From Auanema rhodensis (lineage: Eukaryota > Animalia > Nematoda), in NCBI GenBank assembly GCA_964057225.1, contig OZ059895.1:5518001-5582000 (forward strand): a stretch of 64,000 nucleotides of DNA, in the 5' to 3' direction. Each line of letters starts with the position of its first letter. Within the stretch, counting starts at the first letter, position 1. The position numbers were made by a program, and so were the translations under genes. Of the stretch, positions 55,871 to 64,000 are shown piece by piece. The notes below the pieces were generated by a model that was not told where the DNA came from, did no database searches, and saw nothing but the letters and a program-made list of their open reading frames with translations.

Positions 55871-56371
55871 GAGAGATTATATATAAATGAATTATATAAG
55901 ATGATTTGAACTAAAATTAAGAAAAATCATTAAAATCGAGTTTTGTTCATTTGATTTCTTTTTTTGTTGCCAAAAATAGAAAAGATAAGAAAATAGTTAA
56001 AACTACATAAACTATATTGAAATATATTATGAGACGTCACATAAAAAAATAAAAAAAAGCAGATGATCACGTTGCTGTTTGGAGTAAAATTGATAAAAGG
56101 ATAAGATAGTAGTCGTATCCGTCGTGCCAGCATCTGAAGTTATACGGAAGACTACTGTTATGACAGACATATAACATAGTAATCTTCTTGGCTTTTACAG
56201 AAGAAGAGCTTTAGCCTGTTGAACTTCAAACTATTTTTTGAATGAAAAGGCTTGAACAAAATTAGAATAAGTTAGAAGATGAAGAATAATAATCCAGGAT
56301 TTTTGAAAAAAGTTTCAAAACATCTTGAATGAAAAAGTTATGGCATACATGATAGAAATAAATATATAGAG

Positions 56372-56384
<13 letters not shown>

Positions 56385-56448
<64 letters not shown>
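56385..56448. repeat. (GA)n microsatellite
   Basis: Directly visible run. Confidence 0.95.
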
Positions 56449-56454
<6 letters not shown>

Positions 56455-57914
56455 GATAAGGTACAATAGTCTGGTTATCCATTAGCACAGTATTGAAAAA
56501 TAATCTTCATACTGATGTCTGAAGTGTTGTTTCAACGGTATCACACATATTTTCATTAATATTAAAGATTTTATGATAATGAGCTTATTAAGTTCATAAA
56601 AGCATTTTTAAAATTACAATATTAATTTAAAATATGTATATGATATATATATATATAATAATAATAATATTAACTATATGTATATAGTTATGATAATATA
56701 AATTATTGAATTATTAAGATTTGTTAACATCAATTGATGTTATATACATATTTCTTTAATGAAAAATGTTAGCGTAAACAGATATAAATCGTTTGAATGA
56801 GCAATACAAATGAAATGTCAGATTATTCGGATCACGTATGTTGCAAACATATGCACATATTGATAAATGAATTACATATAATGTTAGTAGATCAGGGAAA
56901 TAAAGTTATTTATATGTATATAGTTTATATGATATGTTATCAATCAATTAATTAAATTAATTTTTAGTTAATGAATATATTCTCATCTTACTATCTATCA
57001 TATCACTATTTTATATATTTTATAAAAGAAATAAAGCCATTAATTATTTAAAGAATATTTTAGTAAACTGTATTGAGAATCAAAGAAAATGTTTTTGTTG
57101 ATATTTCTTTAAAAGAAAAAGAAAAAAGATTGAGAAGATTTAAAAAATAAAATAAAAAAAGAAATAAAATGTAAAAATAAATAAAAAAATATATAAATAA
57201 ATAATATTAAATAATAAAAGTTTAAAAAATAAATATGAATGAAATGAAGCTATATAGGGGATATTTGAAATGAAATACAACCATATGACGCGTCAATCAT
57301 CGTGAAAAATAATATTTTCACGTGAAAATGTGTTGTAACATCTGCGTGATAGAAGATATATGTATAAAGAAGAATGAAAATTTCAAACTAATAGTTTATA
57401 TATGAAAGTTTATTAAAAATATTTAATTATATATTCATAATTGATATATTTAATGAAATATTTGAGAATTTTTGATAAAGAAAATGAATATTCGGTTCCT
57501 TGTTTAAGCATTTTAACTATACGTAAATAGTAATGGTAGTTCATTGAGAATAGAGAGTAGTATGGAAGCCATAACATACATATCTCAAGAAATATGTGTG
57601 AGGGAGGAAGGTTGTAAGAGAAATAAAAAAAAACATGAGAGAAATAGAGATTGAGAGAGTTAAGAAGAGTGAAAGGTGAGCTACAGCTGAAAGACAAGGT
57701 TGCAAGCACCTGTCTATGTAGTTTGTGGCTGAGATTTGAAGAATCACAAGACACTGTATCATAACAAGATAGATGGAGAGAGTAATGTGAGGTAGAATTG
57801 CAAAATTTCAAAGTTGAAAACTGATCAGCTGAAATTCATGTTAGTAAATTAGACATTAAAAGAATACAAATGTAATATAGTATAGATAAATATGAGTTAA
57901 ATGGTGTAATACAC

Positions 57915-57967
<53 letters not shown>
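57915..57967. repeat. (GA)n microsatellite, imperfect
   Basis: Directly visible run. Confidence 0.92.
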
Positions 57968-57972
<5 letters not shown>

Positions 57973-58998
57973 AGATGGAAGAGAATAAGGAGATTAGTTT
58001 GTAGAAGAATTTTTATAGCTTTAGTTGACAACGTCAGTGAAGCTTATCAGCTGATTTGAGTTCTTTGATCTGAGCTGAATCTTCAAAAGCTTGAAATGGG
58101 TCTTATTCATATAAACTGATAAATTCATTATTGTTGATGAAAAAGAATTCATCTACTTAACCCAACGCCTCCTCATTCTTTCTCTTTCTCTCCCACTTTT
58201 TCCCTTTTCTACTTTATGCTTTGTTGGATATTTCATCTTGTGATTCTTCTTACCAATTTCTTTTTTTCTTTTTTTTTTGACAGTAAGAATCAATGAAGAC
58301 AATGCTTGTACATATTGAATTGTTATGCATAATAGTAAAGCTTAAGATGTATATCTGACTTTAAGAATCAGAAGATGTCTTCATCGTTGCTGATTGTCAT
58401 GACGACCATCCAAGTACCTTCAACATTGTTACTACAAATAAGACAAGCACAATCTCGTCCTTAGAAGACGATGGTCGATGTGATATCTGGATGTCATGGA
58501 CTAGATCCGGATCAGGTTTATATTAAATTCTGTTTCAATCATAATTATTAATATAATCTAAGTAAAAAGATAAAGAAAAACATATATATATGTGAGAGAA
58601 AATTTCATTCAGCTTTTACTTTATCCAAATCAAAAAAAAAAAAAAATTCTGTGAAATGATTGTTTCTTAAAATAGATATTATATTAGAATATTTTATAAA
58701 TATATGATATAGTTAAAGAAAAGAAATCATTAGTTAAAGTAAATGGATATACATATAGAAGTATCTTTACTGGAATGAATAAATCCAAGTTTTAGCAGTA
58801 GAATGAACAAAATGGAATTTTGCATTTGGCCACAAGTCAAAATAGGACATGAAAGATTAGAACATGAATGATATAGTGCATGATCATGATGATGAACATT
58901 GTAAGATTTGAATAATTCATGAAATCTTTTTTAAAATTTCAGAAAGAAAAAAGAAATTGAAGAGAGAAAGAGAGGAGGTAGATAGATAGAGAGTAAGC

Positions 58999-59000
<2 letters not shown>

Positions 59001-59038
<38 letters not shown>
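59001..59038. repeat. (GA)n microsatellite
   Basis: Directly visible run. Confidence 0.92.
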
Positions 59039-59042
<4 letters not shown>

Positions 59043-59443
59043 AATAGTGAAGAGGAGAGAGAGTGAATGAGTAAGTGAATGAAGGAAAGAAGAAACATAT
59101 AAGATATAAGAAAAGTAAAAAAGAGAAATAGATATTGAATTGAATAGAAACGAATATTAACTTTAAGAAACTTTTAATTTAATCGCATTTTCGATGTAAT
59201 GACATAGAAAAAAGGATTGGAAGAGAAAATGAAAAATATCTTTCCCTAGATAATATGTTTTAAAAATATTTATAATTAATTTTGATTTACAATAGAGAAA
59301 ATGTTTTTTGTTTGTTTAAAATATTTGAAACAGAAAAATAAGTTGAGGTAAGTCTTTAAACTACAAAACTGATTTTAAATCCCGAAAAAAAGTACATTTG
59401 AAAAGTACATGGGGGTGGAGGATAGCAGAGTGTTTCACTTATG

Positions 59444-59481
<38 letters not shown>

Positions 59482-60760
59482 TGACAACTATTCCATATTT
59501 GACAGTAATTTGAGAAATATTCATATTTCGAAAGAAAGAAGACGAGAAATGGAAGGAATCTGCACGGAATGATAGAAAATTCAAAGAATGAATTTCATAC
59601 TTTTGAGAATAAAAACAGTGTGAAAGTACAAAAATAGTATTTTCTTTGTCTTTTCTTCACATTCACTTCACATTCATTTCAATATTATGATTTTCCTTCC
59701 TCATCAGGTATCATACACACATTCTGATTCTGATTCTGATTATGAGATGATGTCGTAAAAGTGAACACAAAATGAAAATAAATGTTGATGAAATAGAAAC
59801 AAAAATAAAAAAAAGTTAAAGAGAAAGAATTTTTTTTCTTTTGGAATAAAAATGAAATAAATATTTATAGTATATGAAGCTTTGAATAAGATTTTTTAAT
59901 TTGAAAATCATTGTTGTCTCTAAAAAAGACAAAAATGCTTTTAATTGACACGATGATTACATCATTCTGAATTTCGAAAGCATGAGAATTGCTACTTCAT
60001 TACCATCAACTGTCCAGTTAAGCCAGGTTGACGCTGAAGTTTGACTTCTAGTCGTATTCAAGCGCAAACTATGACCAACATTTGAACGACCATAGAATGG
60101 TATGAGACAAAGTTGTTACGATGTAAAAGAAAAACTTGGAAGACTTATGAGTTTTCAGCATCATTTTTTCTTTTTTTTTCTTCAATGTATCTTCGATTTT
60201 GTGTCTTTATGTTCATTCTTTTCCTCTACTTCCTCTCAATCTACCTCTCAAGCAATGAGATTCTTCTCACATTCAAATTCCGTTTACGTTCAAATAATCT
60301 CAATCTGCTTATCTCAGTCTGTTTTTTGTTTTCATATCTCTTTCTCTCTACTGCAATTCCTATCTCAGACTTGGTAAACTCCGGAAATGACGAGACGAGA
60401 AGTGGGGGAGTAAACGAGTGTGGGTGAGAAAAATAAAGCAAAAGAGCCCTCAGGCATTTTACTTTATATGTAACGATTGAAGAAAAAAATGAAAATGAGG
60501 CAGCAGATTGCAAGTAAGAGAAGCGTGACCAAAGAATGTGTTAGTAAAGGAAGAAGGACGATTCTAAGTCTGCCCTCTAAAGGACTTCGTGCCACCACTA
60601 GGCCAAAAGAGAAAATGGAGAGATCGATAAGAGGCCATTGGAAGGCTCATGACTATGCATGTCCAAGAAAAAAAAAGAAAAATGGATGAGAGAAGGGAAG
60701 AAAAAGCAAAGAAAATAAAATAGAAATAGAGAAAAAGAGAGAGAGAGAAATAGGAAGAAA

Positions 60761-60766
<6 letters not shown>

Positions 60767-60804
<38 letters not shown>
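60767..60804. repeat. (GA)n microsatellite
   Basis: Directly visible run. Confidence 0.92.
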
Positions 60805-60807
<3 letters not shown>

Positions 60808-62490
60808 TTTTCAATAATATCCATGGAATGTGTTCTTCAGATTCAACTATGTATTCCCGAATTGAACTTTTAAGATTAATGAACGATCTTGTCAGTATTT
60901 ATCTCTCTACGCTGTACGATATACAATATTTCCAAGAAGACCTACTATGTGAATTGTTTTACCACCTTGTTCTCACTCTTTCTCTCTCTCTCTCTCCTTC
61001 ACTTTTTCAATTTTTATTTTTAAAAAAGCCTTCCACCTCGAATATTCTCATGAGAAGTCGATCTTTTGGCTTCAATTTTAGATTTCACATATGTTTCTAA
61101 GAAGAAAGATGCTAAACTTGTGATATATAGAGAAAGACAAATGGAAACAATATATAATAATATATATTTTCTATTGAAAAATTTAATTAAAATAAAGAAT
61201 TTTATTTAAAAAAAAGAAGAAAAGGAAATAATATAGAATATTGATATGATTGAATTATAATCAATGATATAACATTGATATATAAAATCTTCAATTTAAT
61301 TATATTAATTATTCCAACTAAAGTTATTTATTATAATTTTTATAAATTAATTTAATAAAATTTTCTAATTATGACGTTTTGATATAGATGAATGAATGTA
61401 TATATGTAGCATAATCTTAATACATGAAAATACAGACAAAATATGAGAGAATTTCATAGAAAATGTTATAGAAGTTATATAAATTAATTTAATTATATGT
61501 ATATAGTTATCTCAATGACCTCAAAATTTAAACAAAAAAAAAAGAGAATGAAATATAGTTTAGAACTTTTATTAAATTGAGAGAAATAAAGTAAAAAAAA
61601 AAAGAAGAAAAGAGCATGGAAAAGAGAAGTAAAAACGTCAGCATCATCAATTTACAAATAGAATATTCAATTATTATATCAGCTGATTATGATATTTATA
61701 TATCTATTTATATATAAAAAAAAAGAAAAAAATATAAAATATGAATAATCAAATATTTTATTTTATAAATTATTTGTTTTATTAAGTTAATTATACATTT
61801 TAGTATAACTATTTATGATAAATTATGAGAAAAATAATAAAATTTAGAATAGAAACTTGAACAAGCATGGAGGAAGAGATGCTTCTTCTTCTTTTTTTTC
61901 TGAAACCATCAGAAAAAAAAGGTTTTATTGTTCTTCTAGCTGTGCAAATGTAAGAGCTCTTTCTGATTTTTGATGTTTTCATCTTATCTAGGAAATGGGA
62001 AATTGGTTGTAATGAACAAGTTCATAACCAGCATTGAAAGACTATATTGAAGTCAATGACGCATGAGCAACATAGGTTGAATTAGTCAGGTTCTATCTAA
62101 GCTTATTCACTTAAATGAATTTTTAGATGGATTAAGTTCAGAAACAAGAGAAAATGGACCAAGCAATAGTAAAAAAATTTAAAAAAAAACATAAAAATAT
62201 TATGAAAATATTTGGAGAGATGACCAGCATAAACAAAACTTCACGTGAAAAGTTTAAATTATTAAAAAACAATTAACTATATGGTAACTATATCATAACT
62301 ATATGGTTTTATAATATAAAATACAATGTTATAATTAAGATTATAGTATATTCATGTTAACTATATGTATATATGGATATTTACAAAATGAATAGATTAT
62401 ATGAAACATGTGGATATTTGACTTATTTGGAAAACATGAAAATACATTTCTCACATATGTATGTTCGTCAAAAACAGAAAGACATTATAC

Positions 62491-62559
62491 TCTGAAGCTG
62501 AATGGTGAGTGGATGACTTGTTGGTTAGGATCTCTGAGTGTGCTGGCTGAAATCTCCAT
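62491..62559 (-). CDS. Candidate first coding exon of the klumpfuss-like gene
   Basis: Polypyrimidine tract, then TTCTCCAG|ATG, 23 codons MEISASTLRDPNQQVIHSPFSFR and a phase-0 GTATAA donor compatible with the 53348 exon. Confidence 0.4.
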
Positions 62560-62691
62560 CTGGAGAACAGAGCAAGATGGGGAAGAAGAAGAAAGAAAAA
62601 GAATTGGCACCAAGTTTTCTTCTTTGTCATATGCATGAGACCGTAGTGATGTGATTGGAGATGCTCCTTTAGGTATTCGGTAGAATGGCAT

Positions 62692-62774
<83 letters not shown>

Positions 62775-62785
62775 CGAGAGAGAGA
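62692..62785. repeat. (GA)n microsatellite, imperfect, ~90 nt
   Basis: Directly visible run. Confidence 0.92.
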
Positions 62786-64000
62786 ACAGAATATTAGGCT
62801 TACAATCTTAAACGGTTTCTCCAGTTCTCGGGATAATCAAAGCTAAGTTAGGAAATCCAGGTTGTATGGATATGATTGTGTTGACAGCGTGTGTGTGTCG
62901 AAAGCGCAGGGTGAGGGTGGAGAGCGGGGGTGTAGGAAGGAGGAGAGATGGAAGAGAGAAAGAAATAGAACCAGAGCAGGCAGGGAAACATTTTTCGAGC
63001 CAGAGTCAGCTAAAGCTGAAACCTGATGAATATGAGAGAGTATTCATGTGTGATGTGAAGCAGAGGAGAGTGTAAGACGCAGCGAGAGACTGCGATTCTG
63101 TTCTCAATGGCTGCCGTAGAGCCGCAGAACCAGAACCAAACGGGCAGCTCGGCAGGCAACCACAGTTAGAAAAATGAAAAAAAGATAATAAGGAGAGAGG
63201 AAGAGAGAGAGAAGGAGGGTGAGAGATATATAGAGAGCGAATGCAAGATAAGTTTTAGATGGGAAGGAAGTAGCGAGCAAGAAGCTCACTACTACACCTG
63301 TAATCAACATCATTTTCAATTTCTCTCCTAAATATTAGCGACAGCATGTGATATAATGAATTCCGATGGGGGGGAAATATTTTCAGCCAAACGTGAAATA
63401 TTTATATTTTTTTTAAATTTTGAAGATGTCACAGCTGTTTTTGATTAAAATCGAAGAAACTAATATGGAGAGGTAAGTAGAAAAAACAGAAGGAAGGAAG
63501 TAAAATTAAGAAGTTATATCATAACTGGAATATAAGACAGTTGATTTATAATTGAATCAGATTATGATTATAAGAAGCTATGAAACATAAAACAAATAAT
63601 AAAATCAAGAATATTGCTCTATTTTTGTTAAAAAAAAAAGAAAAAAAAGAAGATTTCGATAATGATGTTGATGAAAAAAAGCTGGTAATGATCGAGGGTG
63701 GTATTAACGTAAGAATATTGTAAGAACAAAAAAAATGTAATTAATGGTATGTGAGTACGAAAAAGGAGATGATGTGATATAGGTTGTTGGTAAAAAAGTA
63801 AGCGGTGGAAGATGAAACATACATATGTATATATCTTTATATAATTTTACTTTTATTTCATAAAATGAATTAATATTATGAAAATTTATATATTTTATAT
63901 AATATAGTATAAATTATTATAAAATATTAACTATAAGTAACAGTTTAATATAAAAGATTAACAGATGAAAGAGGATAAAACATTAAAAATGCTATTATTC

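Noticed and set aside
55000-63400. Many 60-130 aa ORFs rich in ER/SL/F/K runs
   Set aside because: Translations of (GA)n/(CT)n and poly-A/T tracts, not protein-like.

Overview
AT-rich eukaryotic genomic DNA from a rhabditid-type nematode, judged from dense ~40-55 nt GT-AG introns, TTTCAG/TTTAG trans-splice-like acceptors just before start codons, operon-like gene spacing and nematode-specific genes such as nlp-40. The ORF track mostly shows exon fragments, so genes were assembled by hand across introns. Gene order: MOLO-1/TPM-domain membrane protein (+), rad-8/RTN4IP1 (-), a probable operon rpt-5 > SLC25A44-like A > SLC25A44-like B > mrpl-13 (+), a small 2-TM protein (+), nlp-40 (-), aap-1 > TMEM106-like (+), a saposin-like gene (-), a probable operon [orphan ORF] > npp-13/Nup93 > [putative snoRNA/scaRNA-like RNA] > DMGDH-like > uncharacterised gene > SRBD1/Tex (+), a Cys-rich surface protein (-), and a klumpfuss-type C2H2 zinc-finger gene (-) whose long, (GA)n-rich 5' introns probably fill the last ~15 kb. 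The standout is the uncharacterised gene at 35728-38351. Its spliced N-terminus, invisible in the ORF track, aligns without gaps to the CENP-A-binding domains of both human HJURP and yeast Scm3, making it a candidate nematode CENP-A chaperone, a factor classically considered missing in C. elegans. It also carries six novel (N/D)G(L/M)xDGP repeats. Other notable points: frequent AAG 3' splice sites, an SL1-type-operon-like junction and a second WQP peptide copy in NLP-40. Reference sequences and C. elegans gene names are recalled from memory; no database search was run.
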